Shown here: piece by piece, positions 45,426 through 59,229 of the stretch
Position numbering within the stretch: the stretch's first letter is position 1
Layout: each line of letters begins with the position of its first letter
Origin: Planctomycetota bacterium
Lineage (GTDB): Bacteria; Planctomycetota; MHYJ01; WSZJ01
Direction of reading: 5' to 3'
DNA length: 64,000 nt
NCBI GenBank assembly: GCA_038060895.1
Contig: JBBTCT010000001.1
Coordinates: 128,001 to 192,000 of the forward strand
Made by a program: the position numbers and the translations under genes
The notes under the pieces: model-generated
What the model was told of the DNA's origin: nothing
The model's database searches: none
Seen by the model: the letters and a program-made list of their open reading frames with translations, nothing else

Positions 45426-48400
45426 ATGAGGGAATTTGCGTTGCTGGCGCGCACGCTGCCTGAAATCCAGGCGGCGATGGTCGTGGTCCGCGACCGCAAT
45501 GCCGTGGACCTCGGCGGGCTCTGGGGCTCGAGCGCTGCGCTGGTTGCAGCCTCCATGGCGGCCGCCCCGCCTGCGGAAGAAGACAAGAAGCGTCCTTCTC
45601 CGGCCCGCTGGCTGGTCGTCACAAGCGGAGTCGAGGAAGCCGAACAGACCGTCCTCGACATCGCTTCGTTCTTCGACGGCACAGTCGCCCGCTTTCCCTC
45701 GTGGGAAGCGGCCCCCGGTCCCGACTCCCGCCTGTCGCCGCGCATCTTCGCCCAGCGCCTGAACGTCCTCCTCGATTTCGCAATCCCGGGGCGGACCGCG
45801 CCGCGGGTCGTCGTCGCGCCGATCCAGGCGGTGCTGCAAGGCGTGCCGTCGCCGGACCTGCTCTGGGGAAACCTCCTCGAGATCCGCCCCGGGAAGCCGC
45901 TTCCCATCGACACGCTCGCCCAGCAGCTGGTCGACCACGAGTTCGTGCGCGTGCCGCAGGTCGAGGCGCCCGGGGAATTCAGCGTGCGCGGCGGGATCGT
46001 CGACGTCTTTGCGCACTCGGACGAGCGGCCGTGGCGGATCGTTTACGACGGCGACAACGTCGAGACCGTGAAGCCGTTCGACCCAGCGACGCAGCAGTCG
46101 TTCCGGGCGGAGCGCGAGGCGACGCTGGGGCTGGTGAAGCGGTCGCAGTTCTTCCTGACGCCGGGGACGGGGCACTCGATCGTGGATTACCTGGCGGACA
46201 CGGACTGCGTGCTCTTCCGAGAAGAGTCGGAGCTGGACGAGCGGGCACGGAGGTATCTCGGCACGATTCCTGGCGTTGGCCTCGAACCGCTCGCAGCGCT
46301 GCTCAAGAAGACGGCGAAGCGCGGCGTCGTCCGGACGCACACGCTGCCGGTGAACGAGTCGCCGCATCGCCTGAACATCCGGACGCTGTCGACGCAGCGC
46401 TTCAGCGGTGACTTGAAGAACATCCTGGGCGAGCTGAATCGGGTCGCCGAGGAGGTCCGGAGGGTCATCGTGTACTGCCAGGCGGAGGGCGAAATCCAGC
46501 GTCTCAAGGAGATTCTCAAAGAGGGGAACCTCGAATCACGCGTGACGCCGCACCTTGGCATGCTCCACCGCGGCTTCGTGCTTCCGGCGCTGTCCGCCGC
46601 GTTCATCCCGCACAACGAGCTGTTCAACCGACCGCACCGCCACCACGCCGCGACGACGGGCGCCGTCGAGAAAAAGGGCGAGACGCGCGCGATCGACGCC
46701 TTCCTCGATCTCGAGCCCGGCGACTTCGTCGTGCACAACGTCCACGGCGTCGGCAAATTCATCGGCATCGCCCGCATGGCCCGCGACGGCCGGCAGCAGG
46801 AGTTCCTGCAGGTCGAGTTCAACGAGGGCGTCCGCGTCTACGTCCCCGCTTCGCAGATCGACCAGATCAACAAGTACGTCGGCGGCGGCGCCGCGGTGTC
46901 GCCCGAGCTGTCGCGCGTCGGGTCGGCGGCCTGGGAAGCGAAGAAAGCGCGGGTGGCCGATGCGCTGGAGAAACTCGCGGGGGAGCTGGTGGAAGTGCAG
47001 GCGATCCGCGAGCAGGAACTGGGAACGGCGTTTCCGCCCGACACGCCCTGGCAGCGCGAGTTCGAGGCCGCGTTCCCGTTCGAGGACACGCCCGACCAGA
47101 TCGACGCGACGATCGCGCTCAAGAAGGACATGGAGCGCCCGAAACCGATGGACCGCCTGCTGTGCGGCGATGTCGGCTACGGCAAGACCGAGCTCGCGAT
47201 GCGCGCCGCGTTCAAGACCGTCATGCACGGCAAACAGGTCTGCATCCTGGTGCCGACGACCGTCCTGTCGCAGCAGCACTACGACACGTTTCGCGAGCGC
47301 ATGGCCGCCTACCCGGTCCGCATCGCCGCGCTGTCGCGCTTCCAGTCCAAGGCCGAACAAAAACTCACCGTCGAGGCCACGTCTGCGGGCGCCGTCGACG
47401 TCGTCATCGGCACCCACCGCTTGTTCTCGGGCGACATCCGCTTCAAGGACCTCGGCCTCCTCGTCATCGACGAAGAACAGCGCTTCGGCGTCGAGCACAA
47501 GGAGAAGCTGAAGCGCCTGCGCGCGACGGTGGACATCCTGACGCTGACCGCGACGCCGATTCCGAGGACGCTGCATCTCGCGCTTCTGGGCGTCCGCGAC
47601 ATCAGCACCCTGTCCACGCCGCCGCAGGGCCGCCGCTCGATCCAGACGGAGGTCATGCGGTACTCGAACGAGCGTGTGCGCGAAGCGATTCTTCGCGAGA
47701 TCAACCGCGACGGGCAGGTGTTCTTCGTCCACAACCGCGTGTACGACATCGAGGGTGTCGAGCGGCACCTCAACGACCTGGTGCCGGAAGCGAAGACGAC
47801 GGTCGTCCACGGCCAGATGTCCCCCGACATGCTCGAAGAGCGCATGCTGGCCTTCGTCAATGGCGACGTCGACATGCTCGTCACCACGACGATCATCGAG
47901 TCCGGGCTCGACATCCAGAACGCCAACACGATCATCATCGACGACGCCGACATGTACGGCCTCGCCGACCTTCACCAGCTGCGCGGAAGAGTCGGCCGCT
48001 CGGCCCACCAGGCGTACGCGTACTTCCTCATCCCGAGCGACCGCCCGGTTTCGCACGACGCGGAGAAGCGTCTGCGCGCGATCGAGGAATTCAACGAGCT
48101 CGGCGCCGGCTTCAAGATCGCCACCCGCGACCTCGAGATCCGCGGCGCCGGCAACATCCTCGGCAAGGAACAGTCCGGCCACATCGCCGCCGTCGGCTAC
48201 GAGATGTTCTGCCGGATGCTCGACCAGGCCGTGCGCAAGGCGCGCAAGCTCCCGCCGCCGCTCGACGTCGAGGCCTCGGTGGACTTCCCGGTAGACGCGT
48301 TCATCCCCGCGGAATACGTCCCCGGCGACCGCGTGCGCATCGAGCTGTACCGCCGCATCTGCCGCGCGAAATCGCAGGAAGAACTGGAAGCCGTCAAAAT

Positions 48401-48764
48401 TGAGCTCAACGACCGCTTCGGCCCCCCGCCCGAGCCAGTCCAGACCCTGATCGCGATCGCCGAGGTCCGCGTCGGCGCTTCCCGCCACGACCTCGCCACC
48501 ATCGGCCAGGGCGGCAGCCGCATCATCGCGCGCTTCCGTATCCGCGCGACCGCCGAGATGCTCAAGGCGAAATTCCCGGGCCGCGTCCGCATTGTCGACG
48601 ACGCGAACCTCCACATCGTTCCCGACCCCGAAACGAGCGACCCGCGCAAACTTCTGGCACTCGCGCGCGAGACGCTCGATCCCGCCACGAAGGCGCTCCC
48701 TCCCCCGCCGCCGCCTCCACCGCCGAGGCCCGTGTGGAAGCCGGTGAGAAAGCGCAGCTGGTGA
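45426..48764 (+). CDS. mfd: Transcription-repair coupling factor Mfd
   Basis: 'PGEFSVRGGIVDVF', CarD-like 'GDFVVH..HGVGKF', 'MDRLLCGDVGYGKTE', 'IDEEQRFGV', 'TATPIPRTL', 'LHQLRGRVGRS', TRCF domain. Confidence 0.97.
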   Translation: MREFALLARTLPEIQAAMVVVRDRNAVDLGGLWGSSAALVAASMAAAPPAEEDKKRPSPARWLVVTSGVEEAEQTVLDIASFFDGTVARFPSWEAAPGPDSRLSPRIFAQRLNVLLDFAIPGRTAPRVVVAPIQAVLQGVPSPDLLWGNLLEIRPGKPLPIDTLAQQLVDHEFVRVPQVEAPGEFSVRGGIVDVFAHSDERPWRIVYDGDNVETVKPFDPATQQSFRAEREATLGLVKRSQFFLTPGTGHSIVDYLADTDCVLFREESELDERARRYLGTIPGVGLEPLAALLKKTAKRGVVRTHTLPVNESPHRLNIRTLSTQRFSGDLKNILGELNRVAEEVRRVIVYCQAEGEIQRLKEILKEGNLESRVTPHLGMLHRGFVLPALSAAFIPHNELFNRPHRHHAATTGAVEKKGETRAIDAFLDLEPGDFVVHNVHGVGKFIGIARMARDGRQQEFLQVEFNEGVRVYVPASQIDQINKYVGGGAAVSPELSRVGSAAWEAKKARVADALEKLAGELVEVQAIREQELGTAFPPDTPWQREFEAAFPFEDTPDQIDATIALKKDMERPKPMDRLLCGDVGYGKTELAMRAAFKTVMHGKQVCILVPTTVLSQQHYDTFRERMAAYPVRIAALSRFQSKAEQKLTVEATSAGAVDVVIGTHRLFSGDIRFKDLGLLVIDEEQRFGVEHKEKLKRLRATVDILTLTATPIPRTLHLALLGVRDISTLSTPPQGRRSIQTEVMRYSNERVREAILREINRDGQVFFVHNRVYDIEGVERHLNDLVPEAKTTVVHGQMSPDMLEERMLAFVNGDVDMLVTTTIIESGLDIQNANTIIIDDADMYGLADLHQLRGRVGRSAHQAYAYFLIPSDRPVSHDAEKRLRAIEEFNELGAGFKIATRDLEIRGAGNILGKEQSGHIAAVGYEMFCRMLDQAVRKARKLPPPLDVEASVDFPVDAFIPAEYVPGDRVRIELYRRICRAKSQEELEAVKIELNDRFGPPPEPVQTLIAIAEVRVGASRHDLATIGQGGSRIIARFRIRATAEMLKAKFPGRVRIVDDANLHIVPDPETSDPRKLLALARETLDPATKALPPPPPPPPPRPVWKPVRKRSW

Positions 48765-49231
48765 GCAAGCTCCGGCTCCTTCGAACGGACTCGGAAAGTC
48801 GGCTGTTTGTCGCCGACCCCTGGCTGACGTTGCGATCGGAAGACTATGCCGGCGTACGTTGGCCGTCCTGCCTTCTCGCAACCGATCACGAAGTGGACAT
48901 TGCCGCCATTCTGCCCGCGCTGCGCGAGATCCTCTGCGCGGGAGCGACGTACTTTTGTTTCTGCGGACCCAATGCCTCTGCCATTCACGTCGCGACGGAC
49001 GGCCTGGACATCCTGCTGACCAGCAACCGAGACATACCGGTCGGCCGCGGTGGATACGCAGGCACGATTGGAGAAAATGACACGTCTCTCGAAGACTCAA
49101 TCTTTGAATTCGGGACCTGCGCTATTCACGAAGACCACACGGCCTTTGACCGGCTGGTCATCCCCCTTGGTCTGCAGCCCTTCAAGGATGATCTCCTCCG
49201 CCGGCTGAAGAATTCCTCAGACTTCCATTAG
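48761..49231 (+). CDS. Hypothetical protein
   Basis: The GTG overlaps the mfd stop; lower-GC codon usage; no family recognised with confidence. Confidence 0.5.
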   Translation: MSKLRLLRTDSESRLFVADPWLTLRSEDYAGVRWPSCLLATDHEVDIAAILPALREILCAGATYFCFCGPNASAIHVATDGLDILLTSNRDIPVGRGGYAGTIGENDTSLEDSIFEFGTCAIHEDHTAFDRLVIPLGLQPFKDDLLRRLKNSSDFH

Positions 49232-49257
49232 TCGGAACCGGCTCTTGAAGTAGCCTC

Positions 49258-49272
49258 TAGCCAGTCTGTCTA
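49258..49272. promoter_or_regulatory. Putative antitoxin operator palindrome
   Basis: TAGCCAG-T-CTGTCTA (one mismatch), just upstream of the antitoxin RBS AAAGGA. Confidence 0.45.
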
Positions 49273-49289
49273 GCTAGAAAGGACTTTCG

Positions 49290-49541
49290 ATGAAAAACCA
49301 GTGACCCCTGCAGGATGCCAAGAACCGCTTCAGCGAGGTCGTCGAGCGCGCGCTTCGGGAAGGACCACAGTACGTGACGCGTCGCGGCAAGGAGGCCGTT
49401 GTGGTCGTCGCGATCGACGAATTCCGCAAGGCCCGAGCGCCACGCGAAACTCTCTTCGAGTTCCTCCAGAAGTCCCCGATGCGCGGGGTGCGCCTCGACC
49501 TCCGCCGGCCGCGCGACATGGGACGCCGTATCGACCTGTGA
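49290..49541 (+). pseudogene. Phd/YefM-family antitoxin with a premature TGA at codon 5
   Basis: MKNQ*PLQDAKNRFSEVVERALREGPQYVTRRGKEAVVVV...; the family consensus has W at the stop position ('W.LQDAKN.FSEVV'). Confidence 0.8.
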
Positions 49542-49665
49542 ACTACCTGCTGGACACCTGCGTCATCTCGGAGGGGACCCGGCCGCGCCCGTACACGAGG
49601 ATGTCGGCCTGGCAGGCGTCCCTGCCGCGGGAATCGAAGTGCTCGACCCGTGGAAGAGAGCATGA
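49538..49665 (+). pseudogene. VapC/PIN toxin remnant with an internal deletion
   Basis: The GTG overlaps the antitoxin stop. The PIN N-terminus 'NYLLDTCVISE..RP.P' is joined out of frame to the PIN C-terminus 'GIEVLDPW', and the middle is missing. Confidence 0.78.
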
Positions 49666-49687
49666 CGCCGGATGCTAAGATTCGACC

Positions 49688-50815
49688 GTGATCCGGCTGC
49701 TCTCCACGACTCTCCTCATGGCGCTCGCCTCGACCGCAGCCGCGGAGGAGACGAAACTTGAATCGGCGGGCGCATTCCGCGTCAGGCGTCCTGCGGACTG
49801 GAGCCGGGTCGAGGACAAGGAGCAGGGGACGGTGATGTATGCGCCGGAGGAAGCCGAAGCGGGGTCGTGCGCGCTGATGAAACTCCCCGGCGAGGAATCC
49901 AAGGCGACCCCCGCGGCCTGGGCCAGGACCACGTATGACAAGATGGCCGAGGGCAGCGTTTCGTCCAAGGCCGCCGATCCTGCGAGCCGGGGGCGCTGGG
50001 CGGTGCAGGGCGGGACGATCACGGATGCCGCGGGGACGAAGGCGAAGGTCGCGATCTACGCCGTGCGATTGGGGAAACGCATCGAGGCGTTTGCGTATCT
50101 CGGGGACTCCTCGAAGACTTTCAAGAAGTACGCGACGGACGTCGAAGCGCTTCTCGATTCCGCGACGTGGATCGGACGCAACGAGCCGGGATCGCCCGTG
50201 AAAGGCATCGTCTACCGGCACTACAGATCCACACTGATGCCCGCTTCCGCAGGCGGCGGGACGTTCTGGCGCACCACGGTGGTGCACGTGACGCTCTTCG
50301 ACGACGGACTCGCCTGCGAGCTGTGGCCCGAGGGGGGAATCGCGACGGCGGACCCGAACGTCATTCATGAGAACGCCGTGAACGACTGCTTCGGGGAGTG
50401 GAAGCGCGACGGCGACACGATGACGGTCCAGTGGCACGTCGGCCGCACGGATGTCTACGACGTGGAAGACGGGAAGCTCGTCGCCGGGCGCCACCCGCTC
50501 GTGCCCGTGGCGCCTGTCGACGGCCTGCGCTTTTCCGGCCGCTACGAGTGGATGGGCATCGAGAAACTCTCCTGGATCGAGTTCCGCGACGACGGCACGT
50601 TCGACGGCGACCGCGTCCTCGAGATGATTCCCCACCGTAACGGCGAGGCGCGCCCGGGCCGAGGCACCGGCACGTACGTGATCCGCGATTTCGCGATCGA
50701 GCTGAAGTGGGACCAGGGCGGCTTCGCGCGGACGATCTCGTTCGATGCGTATGGGGACGACCCGAAGAAGGCGGACAGCCTGGGGCTCGCGGGGACGACG
50801 TTCGGGGCGAAGTAG
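49688..50815 (+). CDS. Secreted hypothetical protein
   Basis: Signal peptide; beta-rich C-terminal repeats ('IEFRDDGTF', 'GTGTY.I'). Confidence 0.7.
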   Translation: MIRLLSTTLLMALASTAAAEETKLESAGAFRVRRPADWSRVEDKEQGTVMYAPEEAEAGSCALMKLPGEESKATPAAWARTTYDKMAEGSVSSKAADPASRGRWAVQGGTITDAAGTKAKVAIYAVRLGKRIEAFAYLGDSSKTFKKYATDVEALLDSATWIGRNEPGSPVKGIVYRHYRSTLMPASAGGGTFWRTTVVHVTLFDDGLACELWPEGGIATADPNVIHENAVNDCFGEWKRDGDTMTVQWHVGRTDVYDVEDGKLVAGRHPLVPVAPVDGLRFSGRYEWMGIEKLSWIEFRDDGTFDGDRVLEMIPHRNGEARPGRGTGTYVIRDFAIELKWDQGGFARTISFDAYGDDPKKADSLGLAGTTFGAK

Positions 50816-50825
50816 CGTGAATGAC

Positions 50826-54362
<3,537 letters not shown>

Positions 54363-54372
54363 GCCGCTCCAG

Positions 54373-55368
54373 TTACTTCCCCGTTCCGGCCTCCGCGACG
54401 GCCCACACCAGCACGATGAGATTTCCCCCGCCCGTCGCGACGAGCTTGCCGTCCGGCGAAATCGCGACGGAGTACACGCGAGAGCCATGGCCGTCGATCT
54501 TGAAGCGCGCTTCCCCGGTCTCCGCGTCCCAGGCGCGCAGGGTCTGGTCGGTACTTCCGGAAACGATGAGTTTCCCGTCGGCGCTGAAGACCGCCTTCGT
54601 GGCCATGCGCTCGTGACCGACGATCTGTCGCTCGCGCTCGCCGGTTTCCGCATTCCAGATCCCTACCGTCGCTTCGCGCCCGGCCGTCACGAGCTTCGAG
54701 CCGTCCGGCGACCAGGCAACGTGATTCGTGCCGCCCTCGTGGCCCTTGAGTTTGCGAAGAGCCTTCCCCGCCGGGAGTTCCCAGAGGCGGACGGATCCGT
54801 CCAGGCTGGACGACGCGAGCGTCTTGCCGTCCGGCGCGAAGGCGACGGACATGACGACGTTCTCGTGCCCCTCGAGCGAGGCCTGCTCCTTGCCGGTCGC
54901 CGCTTCCCAGAGCTTGATCTTCTTGTCGCCGGCGCCTGAGGCGACGGTCTTGCCATCCGGCGAGAAGGCCGCGGCATAGACGTAGCCGACGTGTCCCTTC
55001 ATCGTCCGGACTTCCTTGCCGGTCGCCGTGGTCCAGAGCCGCACCGTGCCGTCCGCGCTCGCCGTGACGATCGTCTTTTCGTCGGGCGAAAACGCCGCGC
55101 CGTAAACCCACCCGGTGTGCCCGATGAACGCCCGCACTTCCTTGCCCGTCGCGACCGTCCAGAGGTGCGCCCGTCCGTCTTCGCTTCCCGACAAAAGCAG
55201 CTTCCCGTCCTTGGAAAATGCGACGCTGTCGACGGCGCAGTCGGATTTCGTCGTGGCGCGTCCCATGCGGACGGTGGCTCCGGCGGGAAGCGGGTCGCCA
55301 TTGGAGTCCTTTTTCGGTTCCTGGGCGAAAGCGGCGGACACCAGGAAGAGGGGCATGAGGAAGCGCAC
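54373..55368 (-). CDS. Secreted WD40-repeat protein
   Basis: 'DSNGDPLPAGATVRMG' leader; seven 'GH...V..VAFSPDG...D.TVRLW' repeats. Confidence 0.92.
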   Translation of the reverse strand: MRFLMPLFLVSAAFAQEPKKDSNGDPLPAGATVRMGRATTKSDCAVDSVAFSKDGKLLLSGSEDGRAHLWTVATGKEVRAFIGHTGWVYGAAFSPDEKTIVTASADGTVRLWTTATGKEVRTMKGHVGYVYAAAFSPDGKTVASGAGDKKIKLWEAATGKEQASLEGHENVVMSVAFAPDGKTLASSSLDGSVRLWELPAGKALRKLKGHEGGTNHVAWSPDGSKLVTAGREATVGIWNAETGERERQIVGHERMATKAVFSADGKLIVSGSTDQTLRAWDAETGEARFKIDGHGSRVYSVAISPDGKLVATGGGNLIVLVWAVAEAGTGK

Positions 55369-55501
55369 GTTTCCATCTTATCCCGTCGGGGCGCGAGAGC
55401 TTGCTCCTGTCCGGAAGCAGGGCGAAACTTGAGTTCGTGACATTCCGGCGGCTAACATCCGCCTTCCGTACAACGATGACGGGAGCAATGGAGCAGAGAA
55501 A

Positions 55502-56212
55502 GTGACGCCTCCTGGCGATCCGGAACCCGAGGTCAGCGACGCGCTGAAGATCGCGCGCGCGACGGTGACGAAGGCGAAACTCCGCTTCCCCGTCGTCCCG
55601 CAGGAATTGCAGGGCGAGTTCAGGAAGTATCGGAACTGGTCCTGGGGCACGCTGGAAACGCCGATCGCCGACCCTTACGAGTACGAGTTGCTGGGATTGC
55701 GAGTGCTTTCCGAGCACATCGACAGGGCGCGGCGCATCCGGCACAGGGGAATCGGCAACCTCGCGATCCTGGGCCAGGGCGGCCAAGGGGCAAACTCGAT
55801 GGCGCTGACCTGGGTGCTCGTCCGCCGGCCGCTCGAAATCGTCCTGCAGATCGGCTGGGGCGGCGCCTACGCGGACGCTTCGGATTCCTGCAAGGCCTGG
55901 AACGACGCCATCGCCGCTTCCGACGAACTGCTCGACCTCGTGCCGGCGGGCGACCCCTCGACCACCCACCCGCTCAACCGCGAGTTCGACCGGTTTGTGC
56001 TCTGCGGCTCGGAATTCTACGGCGCCGGGAAACTCGAGGATTTCGGCGAACTGGCGCCGTACGACCCGAAGGCGCCGCCCGCGCCGCCCCTTCCGCCATC
56101 CACTTCGCTCGGACCGCGCGTCTTCATCGGCAATCCCAAAATTGTGATTCCCGCGGCGCTCGAAAAGGCGCGCGAATGCAGGAAGGCCGGAAAGAACCCC
56201 GCGGCGCCGTGA
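55502..56212 (+). CDS. Hypothetical protein
   Basis: Clean 236-aa ORF with normal GC3 bias filling the gap between neighbours. Confidence 0.6.
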   Translation: MTPPGDPEPEVSDALKIARATVTKAKLRFPVVPQELQGEFRKYRNWSWGTLETPIADPYEYELLGLRVLSEHIDRARRIRHRGIGNLAILGQGGQGANSMALTWVLVRRPLEIVLQIGWGGAYADASDSCKAWNDAIAASDELLDLVPAGDPSTTHPLNREFDRFVLCGSEFYGAGKLEDFGELAPYDPKAPPAPPLPPSTSLGPRVFIGNPKIVIPAALEKARECRKAGKNPAAP

Positions 56213-56269
56213 CTTTGGTTTCGAATCCATGAATTTTTCCGCTTCGCTCATGCCACAATTCCCCTCCGC

Positions 56270-57625
56270 ATGATTCGATCCTTTTCTCTGGTCCTCGTTC
56301 TCCTCTCCGCGGGCCTCGCCGCACGGGCCGAAGACCCGCCCCTTCGCGGCGTCGCGGCTTGCAACAAGGCGCTCAAGCTCGCCGGCGAGGGGAAGCCCGC
56401 CGAAGCGCTGAAGGTCCTCGAAGCGGCCAAGGGGACGATGGACGCGGAGGACGAGTGGCTCTGGTGGGGCAACAAGGGAAGCGCCCACCGGGACCTGCGG
56501 CAGGACGCCGAGGCCCTCCCGGCGTACCAAAAGGCCGTCGAACTCAAGCCCGACTGCTGGTTCCAGGTCGAGTACGCGACCCTGCTTCACGAGTTCGGAC
56601 GGTTCGACGAAGCGCTCAAGGTGCTCGATAAACCCGTGCAGAAGGGTTACGCAGAGAGCGCGGCCCGCCTGCGCGCGGTGGTCACGGGGCCGTACCGCAA
56701 GCGCTGGCCGCACGCCTACAAGAAGCTCGAGTATTCCGCCAAGGCGGGGCACTACCAGGTCGTCTCGGATGTGGGGGTAGACGCTGCGGAAATGGACCGG
56801 ATCGAGGCCGCGGCCGCGAAGCTGAACCCGGCCGAGAAGGTCAATATTTCAAAGCTCGAGGCCCTCTTCAAGCCAAACCCCCAGATCGTGAACATCGCCA
56901 ATCTTCTGGAGCTGACGCGCGTCGAGTACATGCGGCTGTCGGGAATGAAAGAAGCCCAGTGGCCCAAAGGCAAGGTGAGCCGGGTCTTCTACTTCCAGGC
57001 GCAGCAGGAGTTTCTCGACTTCGCTTCGGCGGCGGGAGGCGAGAAGGAGCGGGAGAGCACCGTCGGGTTCTTCGACCCGAACTTCAAGGACATCCTGCTC
57101 TACAACACGCCGGGCGGCGGCGAGGCGTTCGGGATTGCGAAGGAGACGCTGGACACGTTCTGGCACGAGGGGTGGCACCAGTTTTTCGACGTGCTGACCT
57201 CGCAGACTCCGACCTGGATTGACGAAGGGATCGCGGAATACGTGGGGAAAGGCGTGATCTCCAAAGACGGCACCAAGCTGGCGCTGGGCCAGCTGGTCAA
57301 GGAAGAGGGCGAGTTCGTCACGAGGTACGAGAAGGTGAAGGGGCTCGTGGCAGACCGCAAGCACGTCCCGTTTCGCGAGTTCTTCAAGTACGACAACAAG
57401 AAATGGAATGCAGGGGACACGCTCGCGCATTACGCGCAAGCCTGGTCGATCGTGTACTACGCGATGCGCGGCGACAACGCGGCGTTCCAGAAGGACTTCC
57501 GCAATTTCTTCCTGGAGCTGGTGAAAGGGACCCCCTGGCTCGACGCGGTCGCATCGATTTTTCCGGACGCGAAGCTGGACGCTTACGAAAGCCAGTGGCG
57601 GGTGTTCATCGACAAGCTCAAGTAG
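56270..57625 (+). CDS. Secreted TPR + DUF1570-like zinc metallopeptidase
   Basis: Signal peptide, TPR, 'HEGWHQF', 'PTWIDEGIAEY', 'YAQAWSIVYY'. Confidence 0.8.
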   Translation: MIRSFSLVLVLLSAGLAARAEDPPLRGVAACNKALKLAGEGKPAEALKVLEAAKGTMDAEDEWLWWGNKGSAHRDLRQDAEALPAYQKAVELKPDCWFQVEYATLLHEFGRFDEALKVLDKPVQKGYAESAARLRAVVTGPYRKRWPHAYKKLEYSAKAGHYQVVSDVGVDAAEMDRIEAAAAKLNPAEKVNISKLEALFKPNPQIVNIANLLELTRVEYMRLSGMKEAQWPKGKVSRVFYFQAQQEFLDFASAAGGEKERESTVGFFDPNFKDILLYNTPGGGEAFGIAKETLDTFWHEGWHQFFDVLTSQTPTWIDEGIAEYVGKGVISKDGTKLALGQLVKEEGEFVTRYEKVKGLVADRKHVPFREFFKYDNKKWNAGDTLAHYAQAWSIVYYAMRGDNAAFQKDFRNFFLELVKGTPWLDAVASIFPDAKLDAYESQWRVFIDKLK

Positions 57626-57902
57626 CGTCGGTGCGGGGGCCGAACCTCTGCGCCGCCCGCGCCTTCGCCCGGGCCGCTTCAACACCACGGTCGCGAGCTG
57701 GCGTCGCCGTCACGAGGCCGTCGACCAGCCGCCGCGCGACGAGGAAAACCTCGTTCACGGAGCGCTCGAACGCAGCCTCGTTCGCCTTTGAAGGCGCGTT
57801 GAAGCCGCTGATCTTCCGGACGAACTGAAGCGAGGCCGCGCGGATTTCGTCGTCGGTGGCTGGCGGCTCAAAATTGAAAAGCGTGCGGATGTTCCGGCAC
57901 AT
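57618..57902 (-). CDS. DUF2277 family protein
   Basis: 'MCRNIRTLFNFEPPATDDEIRAASLQFVRKISGF..PSKANEAAF'. Confidence 0.9.
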   Translation of the reverse strand: MCRNIRTLFNFEPPATDDEIRAASLQFVRKISGFNAPSKANEAAFERSVNEVFLVARRLVDGLVTATPARDRGVEAARAKARAAQRFGPRTDAT

Positions 57903-57917
57903 GGGGGATTCTCCGTG

Positions 57918-58415
57918 TCAGGCCACGCCGCCCGCGGGCTGCATCAGGGCGACGACCGCGCCGGTCGGGTCCTTGAAGATGCAGAAGCGACCGACGTTGG
58001 GGATGTCCGAGGGCGGATGGATGTGAGTCCCGCCGAGCTCGGCGATCTGCTTCCATGCCGCATCGATGTCGCGCACTGCGATGTACCCGCACCAGTGCGT
58101 CGGCACCTGCGCCGGGAACTGCGGCTCGGTCATCTTCAGGATGCCGGCGGCGGACTTCCCGCCCGCCTTCGTCACGCGATACGGCGCCTGGCCCGGCCCC
58201 ATCGGCCAGTCCTCGTGCGTCCACCCGAGCAGCTTCTCGAAGAACGTGAGCGCGGCCACGTCGTCGCGCGTCATCAGCTCGTTCCACATGAACTCGCCGT
58301 GTCTCGGTTTAGGGTTCATGCTGGAAGAAGCGGGCGCGGCGGCTTTCTTGCGCGCGGGTTTGCGGGCGACACTTCTTGCCGTCTTCATTGGAGATTTCCG
58401 GGACCTTTTCGCCAT
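57918..58415 (-). CDS. VOC/glyoxalase family protein with a basic N-terminal tail
   Basis: 'GEFMWNELMT.D...A..FF..LLGW', 'W.GYIAV.DID', 'PP.DIPNVGRF....DPTGA'; GGAGG RBS before the ATG at 58415. Confidence 0.88.
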   Translation of the reverse strand: MAKRSRKSPMKTARSVARKPARKKAAAPASSSMNPKPRHGEFMWNELMTRDDVAALTFFEKLLGWTHEDWPMGPGQAPYRVTKAGGKSAAGILKMTEPQFPAQVPTHWCGYIAVRDIDAAWKQIAELGGTHIHPPSDIPNVGRFCIFKDPTGAVVALMQPAGGVA

Positions 58416-58461
58416 GAACACCCTCCTATCTTTGGATGATTGCGTCGACGCTACGAGAACT

Positions 58462-59229
58462 TTATGTGGGAACTCCCAGCACCACAGCAACGCGCCAAAC
58501 GGATTGGGGCTTGGCGACTCCCTTCAACTCAACTTGCTCCTTGCTCTTTGCCAAGTTGTTTTGTGGCAGCTCAGGCTCAAAAGCACTCAGAAGACCTTCC
58601 GCATCAATGAGAAGCCCGAAGTCAGGGGCGGCCTGCTGCAGGCGTGCCGCCATGAAGATCGTTCGCCCTACGGGTGCGAGCCAGGCACCGATCTGCGGGT
58701 TTCCACCGCAGAAACGAACCTCGATCGGTCCGCGTGTGACCCCGAATCGGCCATCGACCATGTCCGAGTCGTTCAAGATCAGCGCGCCACCAAGGTTGAC
58801 CGTTCGCGTCTTGGGATTCCTGTGGGGCCGACGATTTGCTCGCACTGTCTGGTAAGCGACAAGAAGATTGATGATGCCCTTGGCAGCTTCATATTTGTCG
58901 GAGGAGTTCGGAAACCGGTCGCCGAGGTTGAACATCAGAAAAAAGCCATCACCCGTGGCGGTTACCAGGTCGGGAGGGAATTGGCGAATTAGAGCAAGAA
59001 GTTCAAAAAGCAAGTCGGACTGGGCAAGCCACGAGGGATCCGGAGTCGCCTTTTCGTCCATGACCTTTGAAGTGCTGGATTTCATGTCCCACGAGACGAC
59101 AAGTGTGTCTGCCCACGCTTCGAACATGGCTTGGTCGGGACTCGTCAAGGTGGGGATGTGACCAAGCGGCTTGCTTCGGTCACGTCCGACGATTCCAAGC
59201 CATGAGCCGAAGATGTGTGGGTTAAGCAT
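58462..59229 (-). CDS. Stand-alone class III nucleotide cyclase-like protein (low GC)
   Basis: 'VVSWDMKSST', 'TGDGF', 'GRTIFMAARLQ', 'VELKGV..P..VW' follow the class III cyclase order; AT-richer than the flanks. Confidence 0.7.
   Translation of the reverse strand: MLNPHIFGSWLGIVGRDRSKPLGHIPTLTSPDQAMFEAWADTLVVSWDMKSSTSKVMDEKATPDPSWLAQSDLLFELLALIRQFPPDLVTATGDGFFLMFNLGDRFPNSSDKYEAAKGIINLLVAYQTVRANRRPHRNPKTRTVNLGGALILNDSDMVDGRFGVTRGPIEVRFCGGNPQIGAWLAPVGRTIFMAARLQQAAPDFGLLIDAEGLLSAFEPELPQNNLAKSKEQVELKGVAKPQSVWRVAVVLGVPT

Noticed and set aside
49302-49304. In-frame TGA in the antitoxin as Sec or as evidence of UGA=Trp reassignment
   Set aside because: It aligns with Trp, not Cys, and the partner toxin is deleted. 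Many intact genes here (selB, queA, rnc, mfd) end in TGA, so the standard code applies.
58462-59229. Complete Pycsar or CBASS defence system
   Set aside because: No TM, TIR or cNMP-binding effector gene is adjacent; only the cyclase-like gene is visible.
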